NCBI GenBank assembly: GCA_025603075.1
Contig: MU626330.1
Span: forward strand, 32,050 to 96,049
Length of the DNA stretch: 64,000 nucleotides
Reading direction: 5' to 3'
Origin: Neoconidiobolus thromboides FSU 785
Lineage: Eukaryota > Fungi > Entomophthoromycota
Each line of letters starts with the position of its first letter. The stretch's first letter is position 1. Below are positions 1-13,461 of this stretch, piece after piece. The notes below the pieces were generated by a model that was not told where the DNA came from, did no database searches, and was given only the letters and a program-made list of their open reading frames with translations. The translations under genes and the position numbers were made by a program.

Positions 1-1156
1 CTTAAAATGTTATACCTCGTGCTCTAATTGTGCACTAAACGTTATTAATTTATCACCTGGGTTATTCTTTTCAATCCATGTTTTTAACTTACTTACCCTT
101 AATATTCTTATTAATGTATATTATTAGATATTATACTATTTTACCATGGATTATCACCAAGCATATATTCATCCACAGACAAATTTGCTAGATAAATAAC
201 TGGTTTCGCTGATATTAAATGCAATGAATTAATAAATTCAATCTATTTTATAGAAATTATAATTCGATATAAATATTAGTACAATACTTTTATTACCTCT
301 TTGTTACTCCAGTCTCCTTTTCTAATATCCATTTCTTTATTTTCAACCCAATCTAATAATTTTTCTGTAATTTCCTATAACAATTATTAAACAATTTAAT
401 TTATTTATTTCAATCTTACAAGTTCATCTTCTCCAATTTTTTCTTTCTTCTTTATTTTTTTGATAGTTTCAATATGTCTAGTAAGATATTCCATATCTTT
501 AATTCTTAATTCATTATGTATAATATCTAAATCTCTAGTTGGATTAATTTTATCTTCAACATGAATAATATTTTCATCTTCAAAAGATCCTAAAATACTT
601 TAATAAGCTGATCAATTTATATATTGGTTGTTCACTTACTACAAACGTGAAAGATAGCATCTACTGATCTAATATGGTTTAAAAATGCATTTCCTAAACC
701 TGCTCCATTAGCTGCTCCTTTTACTAAACCAGCAATATCTATGACAGTCAAATAAGCAGGTATTTTGGATTTTGGATTATAATGTTGGCATAACCAATCA
801 AATCTTTCATCTGGTACTGCTACTCTTGATTCAGCAGGATCTAAAATTTACTTATAATAAATGTTGATTTCAATAACTAGATTCATACCAATAGTGCAAA
901 ATGGAAAATTTTCAGCAGGTACTGAAGACTCTGTTATAGCATTAAAAAACGTAGATTTGCCGACATTTGGTAAACCAACTACACCAATTTTAAGGTTATT
1001 ACTTGGTCTACCTAACCTTAATTTTACTTCTTCGTTGATTATTTCTCCTTTCCTTTGTTTCTTGGAAAAATTTATTGAAGTATTGGACAAATGACGTATC
1101 AAAAAGGATTGTTTTGTATTTATTATAGTATATGTTTTAAATCTATTTAGTAGCAT
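1..1156 (-). CDS. OLA1: Obg-like ATPase OLA1/YchF, multi-exon, 3' end runs off the window start
   Basis: [26 protein letters not shown]-loop and ENFPFCTI; after a GT-AG intron, [11 protein letters not shown] and [12 protein letters not shown]. First in-frame ATG at 1156. Confidence 0.9.
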
Positions 1157-1279
1157 CCTTATTAATATCGAGATTGTTAGAAAAAAATAAGATACAACTT
1201 TAGCCAATAAAAATTATGTAAACTTATAAAATAAATGCTTTAAATTTTTTATTGCTTCTTTATTGTCAAAAATCATAAA

Positions 1280-1972
1280 ATGGAGGAAGAAGCAAAAAGA
1301 AGAAAAGAAAGATTAGCTAAGCTTAAACAAAAGACACTAGCAAATAGAAAAAATGATGATGATAATGAAGAAAAGTAAAATATATATTAATATAATAAGT
1401 TATGATTTATTGTTTTAGGCCAGTATTAAGGTTTAGAAACTTTGAACCAACAAGTGAATTATTAATACAAAAGAGTAATTTAAATTCAACAGAAGAGAAT
1501 ACAAATGAAGGAAATGATTCTGAAGTCAAAATAAGTAAAAAAAGAGAAAGCGAAGGTATATTAAATGCAAAAACAGTAGAGGAAGAAGTAAAGGGGATAA
1601 CTGATAAAATAATACAAGAACAAAAGATAAAGATGGAAGAAGAAGTGGTAATAGTTATGATAAAATGATTATAATTTGCAAATTAATATTCTTAATAGAA
1701 TTTAACTAATTTAGCACCATCAAAACCAAATTGGGATTTGAAAAAAGATATTATGAAAAAATTAAATAAGTTAGAAAACCAAACTCAACTCAAAATACAT
1801 CAAATTGTTCGTAAGTTTTTTATTTAGAATAATTTAATTTTCTCTTATATTTAATTTAGGTGATAGAATTAAATCAAATAATAACAGTAAACAATCAAAT
1901 ACTTCATTGTTAGAAGCCATTAACACGCAAGTACAACTAGACCAAAAGGAAAGTGAGCAAGAAGAAGATTAA
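1280..1972 (+). CDS. CWC18: Spliceosome factor Cwc18/CCDC12, 4 exons
   Basis: MEEEAKRRKERL, then LRFRNFEP, then APSKPNWDLKKDIMKKLNKLE; exons joined by short GT-AG introns. Confidence 0.85.
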
Positions 1973-2142
1973 AATAAATTTTTTTAAATTTAAGAAATAA
2001 ATTACTTTTTTTATCATTAATTTTTATATACAGTTATAAACAATTAGGAACAAAAAATAAGGAAAGAATGAACTATAAAACAACTTGATTTTATTACATC
2101 TTAATAGCTATAACTATAGTTTAGGACTAAAATCAAATTCAT

Positions 2143-5100
2143 TTAATCTTTTTTTTGATATACTTCAAGTGGAATAACAGATTTAGGAGCAGGAGAAAGT
2201 TCTTGGGAAGCAATCCAAGCAACAAGGTCTTCAATAACTTCACCACAATCTTTAAGAGTAAAATTCAATTCGTTATCTTTTTTAACTTTTTGAGACACCA
2301 TATGAATTGAAATTTTACGTCTGTTTGGTGCTTCACGAATAACACAGTTTTTAATCATACTAATAAGCTTATCTTTATTTACTTTACGTAAAATAGAAAC
2401 AACAGATTCGGCTATTAAATAAAATTGAAATCAATATTTTATTAATACTATATAAAAATAAAATTACCTTCATCAAAATCACAAAAATCAGTACTAATAG
2501 CATTCCATTTACGATTAGCATATCTTGGTAGATTGTCGTCTTTTTTGAGTTTGTTAATAATCAAACCTTGTACTTTATTGTTAAATTCTTCTTCAGTATA
2601 ATTTTCTACAATTTTCTATAATTACTTAATAAATAAATGAATAAATAAATATTAATTTTAAATTTACCAAAAAATTTTCCAAAAAATTTTCAATCCTAGA
2701 TTCTAAGTAAATCGGATCTCTTTCACTTTGAATAATAATACGAATACCACCTCTACAAGCTAAAGAACGATCTCCACCAAATACAATATAGCCTAATTGT
2801 TCAACAGTACGCAATTGATTAAAAGCTGGTTCACTAATTAAATACCCAATAAGTTCAGAATAACTCCTTCGTTCTAAATCAAAATAAGAATATAAATCAA
2901 GATAAAATTCAATTGCTGAATCAAAAGTATCTGGATTAGATACTTGTTTTTGATGAACATAAGAGCAATTTGGTTTTGGAAGATAAACATTTCTTCTTGG
3001 TATTCTTTCTGCTGAATATAATTTATTAAATTTAAACAATTCATGAATATGTTTATAAATTTTAATTGAATCCTATAATCAAAATTATTATTTAGTCATT
3101 AATTAAAAAAATGATAATATAATATAATATAATATAATATGATATAATATAACTTACTTCGGCAGTAAAGTTACCACAAATGAATGTATCCGTATAAGCA
3201 CGAGAAAAGAATTCTTTTGTAAATTCTTTGACTTCATTAGAAGTAATAGCTATAGATTGAAAATTTAATATAGTTTATATAAATTATATAAATTATTACA
3301 TGGTGCTTCAATGTATTTTTCATCATCAGTCCATGCTTTCTCACATAAAGCATAATGAGTATAATAAGCTACATGATTATAGGGTGCATTTAACTTAGAA
3401 TTAAGCAACGTTCTTAAATACTAATAATATTATTTATTATATTTAAATTAATAATTGATAATATTGAACTTACTTTTTCTTTACAATTATCAAATATTGC
3501 TTCATTAATATCAAATTGAGTTATATGTTTAATGACTTCTAATAATAATGTCTCAAGTTTATGGCTATAACCATCAACACCTATACTTAATCCATTATAT
3601 CGATTAGATAAACTATAGCTTAATCCTGCAATTGAAGCATCATAACTGAATTCATTTAAATTTTCAGTTAATATTAATTTTAATAACTCTAAACAACAAA
3701 AGTGTCTTGGAGATGTATAAACAAATGGATTTTTAACAAATAAAGATAGGCTTGCTTTTGGTACTTTAAATTTACTACTACGATCATACCATAAGCTACC
3801 ATTTTCATCCTTTATTAATAATAATGGGTTCTAAATTACAACATATCAGATATAAATTATTATTATAAATTATTACTATAAATTATTACCTTTTGATTTG
3901 AAACAAATTCAGTTGATAAATCAAAATTGGTAGGTATAAATGGATTTGATTTAGGTAGATAAAGTCTTGAGTTTAACTCAATTGAATTTAGTTCCTATTA
4001 AAATACAATATTAGCATATTAAATGTATATAAAAAAATTTGTTCTTACTTTAATAAAATCATTGTCTAACTTTTCAATTGCATAATTTGTACCATACCAA
4101 GCCTCTTGCTTTAAATCTTTTCTATCTTTAACTGATTTTGAGACCACAGTAATCCTATTAAATAATAAAATGTAAATAATAAAATATAAATAGCAACAAA
4201 TAGCAACAAATAGCAACAAATAGCTAATTACATCAATTTTTCTGGCTTAAAATAATTCAACAATTCATTTACTGCTTCTGGATCATATTTCTTTAATAGG
4301 CTAGAGCTGCATAAAACTTCATTTGCTGGAAATGGACGATGAAGTCTATTTGCTAACCTTGAAACATAACTAGATACATTAGATTTTTCTTGAAATTTGA
4401 AATTAGCCTCATGAATTGATTGTATCTAAAAAACAATATCATTAAACGTTACTTATGATAGCTACCAATTATTATATTACTTCTTTAAAATGACTTTCAT
4501 TAACTCCTTCATGGGAAAGTAATTTGATATATTGATAAATTATTTTAATTATATTTTCAATATTTTCTATTTTGATAAATTAATAAATTATCATAACTTA
4601 TTGCATTAAATTACCTAAGCCAGATACAGTCAATTCAACTTCAATTTCAAAAAAACAAAAGGCAGGGTTATTATGCTGTGAACCAGCATAAAGTGAAGTT
4701 ACCCAACTCTTTTCTTTTAATAAAGATAATATAGAGCCTGGTCCTTCATGACCAATAAAGTGAGATAATATGGTTGCAGGCTAAAGTTTAATTATTATAT
4801 TATATTATATGAGTAGAAATAAGTTACTCTTGATTCGTAATTATTAGTTTGCGAGGGAATTTCAAAAGATAATGAAAGGCTACGTGTATCTTTAACTGGT
4901 ACAACATATACTTTAGTCTAATAAAATAGTTATAATGTAAATATGAATTATATAAAGAGTATTAAAATTGAATTACATTAAAATGTTCTTGTGGAGTTGG
5001 AGAGTCGAAATGAATTGGTGGTTCAATATTGAGATTTCTAACTAATGAGAAACGAGGAATTACCCATTCAGTTAATTTATCAAGGGATTCTTAATAAAAT

Positions 5101-6049
5101 TAGTATTTATCATTAAAATATTATATTATATTATTTGATTACCTTTTCCACTTACAACGAGTTTCATGATATTTGATGAATAAAATTTATTATAAAACTT
5201 TAATAACTCTTCTCTTGTATCAATTCCTTTTGATTTTGGTTCTTCGAGTAAAGTATCCAAATTACCTATTAAAAATGAATGAGTTTCTATCATAAACTAA
5301 TATACAACAATTAAAAATACCTGTAGAAAAGCGTGAAAATGGATGGTCTTTTTTACTAAATGATTTATGAAGTTGCATAAATCTCCAACCGTCATTTTGT
5401 AAATTCTTTTTATTTTCTAAAGTTTATAAATTATTATTTTATCCTTATTATTTTATAAAAATAAAATACCTGAGTCTACTGCTTTGATTTCTCTTTCAGT
5501 ACAGCTTGCACTAAAAAGCGAAGAAATAAAGAATTGAGAGAATCTATCAAGTCATTTATTCATTATTATTAATGTTATATAATATCAAGTAATTACTTAT
5601 CCAAAGCACCTTCAAGATGGTTGGGACCTACTTCAAAGTAATAGTTGGTATGATCATAAGAAGTATAAGCGTTAGAATAACCAGAATTCTCAGCTAAATA
5701 CTTTAAATACTATTAGTTCCTAAACTACATTTTATTATATTATTTTTATTACCTCTGAATAATCATTTTCTTTTGGATATTTTTCTGTTCCCATAAATAA
5801 CAAATGTTCACAAAAATGAGCTAAACCTGGTAATTCAACAGGATCATTCTGGGAACCAACATGAACATCTAAAGAAGCGGCTGCTTTATCACCATTTGGA
5901 TCTGAAATTAATAATACAGTCAAGTCATTGTTTAATATGATATATCGATATTCTCTATCATCTACTGAACTTTTAATAACTGGTTCAGTAAGCTGTTTAT
6001 ATGATAATTCGTTGTTAAATTCTTTAGCTTCAAAGTTATTGGAAGTCAT
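2143..6049 (-). CDS. STE23: M16A insulin-degrading enzyme / Ste23-like metalloprotease, many introns
   Basis: [22 protein letters not shown], inverted zinc motif [20 protein letters not shown]; C-terminal exon [18 protein letters not shown]. Confidence 0.92.
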
Positions 6050-6214
6050 GTTATTTTTTTACTTTTTTAAATAAAAAACTTTATTAAAATTTAAAATTTA
6101 ATTTAAACTTTTAATTTGATGACGCAGTATTTAATAAAATTTTCATTAAAAAATTGATGTTTATAAAATATAATTCAATAAAATAAAAAACTAATATAGA
6201 TAAAATTTATTTAA

Positions 6215-7385
6215 TTAAAGTTTATTATTAATATTATTATAAACTTCATTTTGATCACCAACAGTGATAACCACTTTAGCATAAGATTTACGATCTTTTA
6301 AAAGAGATAATGCTTGTGGTGTTTCAGAAATATCAAAAATGTCTGGATAGATTAAAGGAATAAGTTGTTTATCAGTTAACCATTTTAAAATTTGAGTCCA
6401 AATTTCAGGTATAACTTTAGGTTGATGTTGAGTATAAGCACCCCAATGTAAACCAACAATTGAAATATTTTTTAACAAAATACGATTAGTTTGAACAGCT
6501 TCATGTTTCCCAATAGCAAACCCAATGACAATAATTTTACCACTAAACTTTAGGCATGAAACAGAATCATTGACCAATCCAACAGGATCATAAACACAAT
6601 CAACTCCTTTTTTATTTGTTATTTCTTTAACTTTATTAATCCATTCTTTCCCTTCAGTTTTAATATTAACAATATAATCTGCTCCATAATCTTTAACTAT
6701 CTTTAATTTATTATCATCCGTTCCTGTAGCAATAACTGTAGCGCCTAATAACTATATATTCTTTAATATTTGCTATATAAATAAATAAATGGTTTACTTT
6801 TGCCATTTTTACAGCAACAATACCGACACCACCAGTTGAACCATGAATTAAAATACTTTCTCCTATTAAATTATTAACTTCAAGTAATCTAATATTACTA
6901 TTAATAATAATTACCTTGTTTCAATTCAGCCCTTAATTTAAGAGCAGATAAAGCAGTGGGATAAGTAATAAATAAACCAGAACCTTGAATATAACTTAAG
7001 TTATCTGGTAAATGAAATAAAGCCTTTTCATTAATAGCTATATATTCAGCATTGGCGCCTAAGCCACATCCAAACACCCGATCTCCAACTTTATATTTTT
7101 TACTATTTTTAACCTGTGTTACTATTCCTGCAAACTAATAAATAAATAACATATACATATAATAAGATGCTCAATAGAATGACTTACCTCAGTACCCAAG
7201 ATAAAAGGAGCTTTTTGTTTAATTTGATAAGTTCCTTTGATCATCAAAATATCATAAAAATTCAAACCACATGCTTTGATTTTTACTAACACATCTCCTT
7301 CTTTTTTTAATTCTGGTTTAGCTATATCTTGATATTTAATATCCTTAATATTGTCACTTAATTTATCAACTATAATAGCTTTCAT
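6215..7385 (-). CDS. NADPH:quinone oxidoreductase (zeta-crystallin-like MDR family), multi-exon
   Basis: KACGLNFYDILMIKGTYQ, GSTGGVG nucleotide-binding glycines in a middle exon, ILLKNISIVGLHWGAY. Confidence 0.85.
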
Positions 7386-7794
7386 TTTATAATTTTTCAT
7401 AAAACAAAAAGTCCAAAATCTGATTTTTTTGTTAATATATTTTTAAATTATCAGGTGACATAATGAATTGAAGTCATTTTAATTCAAAAACTATTGTTTT
7501 CATATGGTTTATTTTAATATGCTTAATAAACAATATTTAAGCATTATCCGAGAGTGCGCGGCAAAGTTAAAGCGACAGTACATTTGATGAAATTTTAATG
7601 ATATTTATATGTTTTTGAAATGTTAGTGATTTTGTAAAATCTGCTATTTCTCTGAACTTTATTATACACTCAAAAACAGTATGGTATGGGCACCTTATAA
7701 AAAATCATTTACAATAAAAATTAAATAAATAATAAAAATAGTAAATAACATAATGATACTTTATATTTTATTTAATAATCATAACAACAAACTA

Positions 7795-8632
7795 TTACCC
7801 TTTTTTAGCTGGTTCAACGTAATATGATACTGCTGGTTGAATTTTACCTAATGCTTCACAAGCTTTAAGCCAATCTGGTTTAACAATGGCAACATTCCAT
7901 TGTAAGGCTAACTCATAATTAGGTGATACTGTACTATTACACAATAAATCTGTAGTTTCAATCGATACTTCAGTCGACCATTTAGCACCAATCCTTTGGA
8001 CACACTTTTTAAGTTCCTCAATCTCTAAGCTTGATAATGTAGAATCTAAGCATACATTAATCCCTGATAAATTAGATAGTGTTAATGTACGTTCTTCTAC
8101 TTTATTGGATGTATAAACTCCAGAAGATGTACTCATTATAATAGATAAATCATATAATGTATCCATATCTAAACCAGATATCTTTAGTTTATTTCCTTGT
8201 GTTGGTAAAGAACTTGGCATCTTAATTCCTTTTTTGTAAACAGTAAATGAGCGTAAATCACAAGAAAATAATTCTAAAGGTTCCCATTCTAAAACAATAG
8301 AAGTTTGTGTAATTGCAGATATTTTAATAGCTGGTGGTTTGGGATAATGGGTTCCATATTGCAATAAAATTTCCTCTTGTAATTCCATAAATGAGTCCAA
8401 TTTTTCTTTTTCTGTACCATATTCTCTTGATACTTGTACTTTAACTATAGCTCCAGTAGACACACCCTCAGGTAACAAAATAGAAGGAAACTCAATTAAA
8501 TGATTATCTTCAGTTAATAAGATTGCCTATTTGAAACTAAGAATGAGTCAATTTAAATAAAATTACAAATTAATCAATTACCAAACCAGCGTCTACTTTT
8601 CCAACTGTAAATAAGGAACTTGTTGAATCCAT
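7795..8632 (-). CDS. CHS5: Exomer subunit Chs5 (FN3 + BRCT), 2 exons, about 260 aa
   Basis: FTVGKVDAGL / AILLTEDNHLIEFPSILLP N-terminus; FN3 segment (TQTSIVLEWEPLEL); BRCT (IGAKWS, TTDLLC, IVKPDWLKAC). Confidence 0.88.
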
Positions 8633-9029
8633 TTTATATTTTATATTTTATATTTTATATTTAATGTATAATAATTTTATTTAAAAATAATCAATTTAGT
8701 TAATTCTTAATAAATTTATAAACACTAATTAATGACAAGTTCAACCAATGGTAAGACATTATGTTCCTATTACAACAACCAATCAATAAAGACACTCTGT
8801 AATCATTATAAAAATATTTTGTTATTATTTGTATAAGTAACGAGTCTTATAATATTAATTATAATATATATTATTTATTTTTAAGTTTAAATGTTTTAAT
8901 CCCTTTCTAGTTTAACAATATATAAATAAATTAATATAAAATATTGCTAAATATAACGAAATATTACTGTTAATAAGAACTTTATTCAGTGTGTTTTTTT
9001 TACTCTTGAAAAATCAAACTTAAGTATTT

Positions 9030-9128
9030 AGGAATGTGTTTTTGTATCAAAGAATTTTACTAACAATTTTTCCGCTTAAATAACGCTTAAAAAATGGAAA
9101 AAATAATGAAGTCAAAAAAAACACTCCC
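9030..9128 (+). mobile_element. MITE family A, copy 1
   Basis: Matches the other copies (AAGAATTTTACTAACAATTTTTCCGC..GCTTAAAAAATGGAAAAA..AATGAAGTCAAAAAAA.CACTCCC); ATTT on both flanks. Confidence 0.8.
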
Positions 9129-9181
9129 ATTTTATTAACTAAGATAAAATAAAATACTTAAGTCAGTAAACTTAAGGGACT

Positions 9182-11126
9182 TCATCCAGTATGTTTAAAC
9201 GCAAAAACGTTTATAGGCTTTTCTGGTGAGCTAACGATGTATAATTTTGATTTAACTTCATTTTTGTCCTTTAATGTAAAACTAAAATTCCTAACTAATG
9301 AAGCAGTAGCTAAATAAAGCTCCATCCAAGCTAAGCTAAAAATAAATTAATTCTTGATTATGTCTTATTTTATATTATATTACCTTCTACCTAAACACCC
9401 CCTTGGACCAACAGAAAAGGGATAAAAATTATCGTTCAATTTAAATTGGCCGTATTCATCAATCCAACGTTCAGGATCAAACAAATGAGGGTTTTCCCAA
9501 TTATTAGTAGTATTGTGGAGCGCATTCATACTCAGCGAAACTGTGGTCTATACAAAAATGTATTAGCACAACCGATTATACCATTATTACTAAAATTACA
9601 TTCTCAGGAAGAAAATAACCATCCACAATTCTTCCACCATTTGGTACACTTCTTACTAAACTGCCTGCTGTAGCTGGACGAATTCTTAAACTTTCGTAAA
9701 TTACTGCTCGAAGATAAACGTTCTCTCTACATATATCATAATTTACTGCCTCTTTGTTTGGAAAAGTAGATATTAACTCCTCTTTGAGTTTATCATAAAC
9801 CTCTGGATGTTTTGATAAAAGATAAAAAGTCCTAATTGATTAAACTTTAGAAATAAATTCCAAACTATAAATAAACATACCAAGTTAATGAATTGGAGGT
9901 TGTATCTGAACCAGCAATACTAAAAATTAGTTAGCTTATAGTAAATATGTAATTAATGTACTACAGTTGAATTATAGACTCTTCTACAATTTCTTTTTCG
10001 CTAAGTTTTTTTCCAGTGTCTGGGTCGGAAGCATTAATTAAAGTATTTAAAATGGTAACTCTATCCGAACACCCCTTTGCATTTTTAACAGCTTCATATG
10101 AAAACTAAACTAACGTAAATAACTTGATAAAAAACATAATTAATATTACTTTATAAAGTTGAGTTACACTTTCAAATTTATAATGTTTCAAAAATGGAAA
10201 GGGTCCAACCTAAATATTTATCAACAATGAATGAAATCTAACTATTATAAAATATTACAAAAACAGCTATAACGAAGAAATTTTTAATCCATCCAATAAC
10301 TGGATGATAACCATTCTTTAACATATCAAAGGATTTACCATATGCTACATCTCCAATTACATCCTAATAATAAGTTAAAATTAAATCAATAGCATAATAA
10401 TATTATCGTTACAAATGAAAAGTAATTAAATAAAAGGCCAATATTGAAATATTCTCCTTTCAAAGCCTTTTCTTCAATCTTGTTAACTAAAATATTGACA
10501 TTTTGTTTTACCAGATACTCCACGTTTGATATAGTTTTATCCGAAAAACTAAAAGCAAGAATTTTTTTCTAAAAGTATACTTTTAGGCAAAATTCATTAA
10601 TTTCACTAGATTATTTACTCTTTGACGATGGAACTCTTTGTCTCTAAATAATTTATAAGTCACATCAGAAACGGCTCAAAAAAATCATTACCTAGTACTA
10701 AGGATAGTTTCCCCAACAACTTGAAAACCATTAGTTTTTCTACTTTTTGGAAAAGTATAAGTGGAATTAATTCGCTTTGCAGCTTCATCAGAGCAAAATG
10801 ATATGCTATCCCAATCTATTAAACAGAATTGTTTAAAATTTCACTTAAAATGATTTCAATGTTTTACTTAATCTAACAGCACTTCCGTATATTTCATGGA
10901 GTCCAGTTACATAGAGATGAAAAGTGCCGTTAAATAAATAATATCTTGGCAAAAAAGGAAAGATTTGATTAATTAATGGTCCAGGAATTTTTCTTAATGG
11001 ACTAATATATAGATTGTATATTATCTAAAGATTCATTAATGTACAAATAGAGAAAAATGAGTATACCTTATAACACCAATAGACTAGTACAATAATGAGT
11101 ATTAAATACACACTTATTATTTCCAT
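9182..11126 (-). CDS. Cytochrome P450, multi-intron
   Basis: N-terminal TM anchor, PLRKIPGP hinge, ESLR (ExxR), FDPERW, heme motif FSVGPRGCLG; TGA stop at 9182-9184. Confidence 0.9.
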
Positions 11127-11539
11127 TGCTTAAAATTATACTTTTGATCCTTGATTTTTATATAGCTTATATGCCTTTATACTTTAATGATTCACACTTT
11201 TGCTATGTAATGTTTATATAGTTTTTAATCCGATGCTCCTTCTCCCTAACAACTTGTAAAAATAAATATTACTGGTTTGAAATGAAGAAAACATTGATTT
11301 AAAATTTTCAATTTATAGTACAAATAAATTATCAAAGGATCTCATTAGATAGGTTGAGTTAGGAAGTCAAAAAACTATGTTATATTATATCATTATTTAA
11401 CTAAAAGTGTCTATTTAAATAATATTCAATTACTAGGCGACTAAATTTAGAACTATTACATTAATACTTTCATGTCATATAATATATAATTTATCATTAT
11501 TCGATAATATGTCGCGTTATTATATTATTTTTACGAGAA

Positions 11540-12085
11540 AAATTATACATACTCACCATATGAAATTAAAATATTAAATCTACAATTGGTAATAAAGCTA
11601 GCATTAGCTTTAAAAAGTTTTCTTAAAGGCAGCAGTATAATTAAATTTTAGTTAGCAATCTCTAAATTCAGGTCATCAATAATACTTTTAACTCATTAAG
11701 ATATTTTAAAGTAAACTAATTTCTACTTATTATTTACTACATTGGTAAACTAGAAAGCTTTGTTGCCCTTGTAATGTGATTTAAGCATAGATTCACGTGC
11801 ACTATTTAAAGAATAAAGTATGTTTAGTGGAACCATTTTATTGCTTATATTTTTTGATATTTAGTTATATCTCTTTTTTAAAATCCCAGAAGTGGTAACA
11901 TTCTTAAATGCCTTATTACTAAAAGGAAATGTATCTCTTTTTAGGCCTAATAATTTTTTATATAAAGCAAAGATATTAAGACGTTTGGGTATATGAGTTA
12001 TATTTGCTGTTGGTAATCTACTACATAAAGGATAGTGTTTATTAACCTTCTTTTTTCTCCTGAAAGGCATGAGTTTGAAATGGCT
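11540..12085 (-). pseudogene. Probable decayed Zn2Cys6 transcription factor gene
   Basis: With small indels the sequence reads S-C-L-S-x-RRKKK-x-NKHYPL-C-SR-x-YQQQI-x-x-IYP, the GAL4-type cluster spacing with several Cys lost; a downstream frame is stop-interrupted but mostly open. Confidence 0.35.
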
Positions 12086-12239
12086 TATTAATTAAAATAA
12101 AATATATATACTATAAGCAGCGAATTCTAAAAATTAGTTTATTAATAATGGCTTTATGGAAGCATAGAAAGAAAGTAAAAACCCTTTTTGTTTTTTGTGA
12201 ATTGAGTAGAACAAAAATATAATAATTTTGACTCTAATC

Positions 12240-12660
12240 TCCATAAAGATTCCTATTGCATGAGGAGAACAGTAGAAATCAATGGGAGGAACCTATGAGC
12301 AGGATGGGTAAACTTTGGATTGGTGAACTTTTTTTGAAAGATCCATAATCCAATGGAAAGAATAGGAGTCTAGCCAAAGACAATATCTAGAAAAAAGAAC
12401 TAATAATGCAAAAAATGCAAGTGAGTGGGGGAGAGGGTTGGTGAAAATAGTAAGAAAGGACAATACATATGCCCATAGATACAAGATGAGGACCAAAAAA
12501 CAAAGCTATAAAAGGAAATTAAACCAAAAGAAGAATGATGAAGACAATAGACCTTGTACATGTTTAAACTTAACAATAACAGCTTGAAAGGTGAAGATAA
12601 TATGTATGTATGTATTACTAACAGAAGAAAAAGGAATTTTAGTTTAGAAAATTTTAACAT
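12240..12660 (-). mobile_element. Possible decayed non-LTR retrotransposon fragment
   Basis: Raised GC and strong strand skew; one frame of about 140 codons with only TAG interruptions, containing HMYCPF..LDIVFG..IGLWIF, loosely like the L1 ORF2 C-terminus. Confidence 0.25.
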
Positions 12661-13461
12661 AATAAATTACTATAAGTCAAATAAAGTCAAAACGTAAGTG
12701 ATACATTTTTTTGAATTTAACAGAATGAATGAACTTTAAAGCAGTTTGTTATGACTAAAATAAATAAATCAAATAATGAGGAGGTTGATTATAAAGTAGG
12801 AATCCTCTTTCCTGTTTATTATAGAAGATCTTAGCTTTAGTTTAAGAAAATCTATGTAATCAAAAAGTTTTCGATCTGACAGAAATGGAAAGCACAAGGG
12901 CCTTTTCGTTTCTTATCAAAGTAAGTTCCTTATGGCATTTAGAAATCGTCAATAAAGTAGAGGAACAGAAGTCAGCAACAAACCAAGAATAACAATATTG
13001 ATTTAGTTTTTAACCAAGTAATTCAACATATTTTTTGCATAAAACCTTCAACTGATGTTTTGTTCAATTTTCACTCTAAAAGTGGTCAAAATAACAAAAA
13101 AGGCATTCTGAATAAAATTGTTGAATAAAAGTCTCAAAGAGTCAAGTGTAAATTAGTTTTATCAATCTATGCTTAACCTCTTAGAAAAAAATCTTTAATA
13201 ATATATAATTTACATAAATATTTGAATATGGTCTTTAGCTTTAGTACTTTACTATAAAAGTAAAATAGACCACCATTATTTTAAATTTAAACGCAGACTT
13301 TAATTGTTCTATTTTTAATTGTTCAATTTTATTGGTTAAATTTAATAAAAATAAATTGCTTACAGATCTTTATATTTTTTAATTGGATATTGAAATAATA
13401 TCCTTTAACTAAATGAATTGTATTATGTAAATATTCATTTTCATTTCACATTTTTTATTTC

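Noticed and set aside
4188-4224. (TAGCAACAAA)3 tandem repeat
   Set aside because: Intronic slippage repeat in STE23 with no sign of function.
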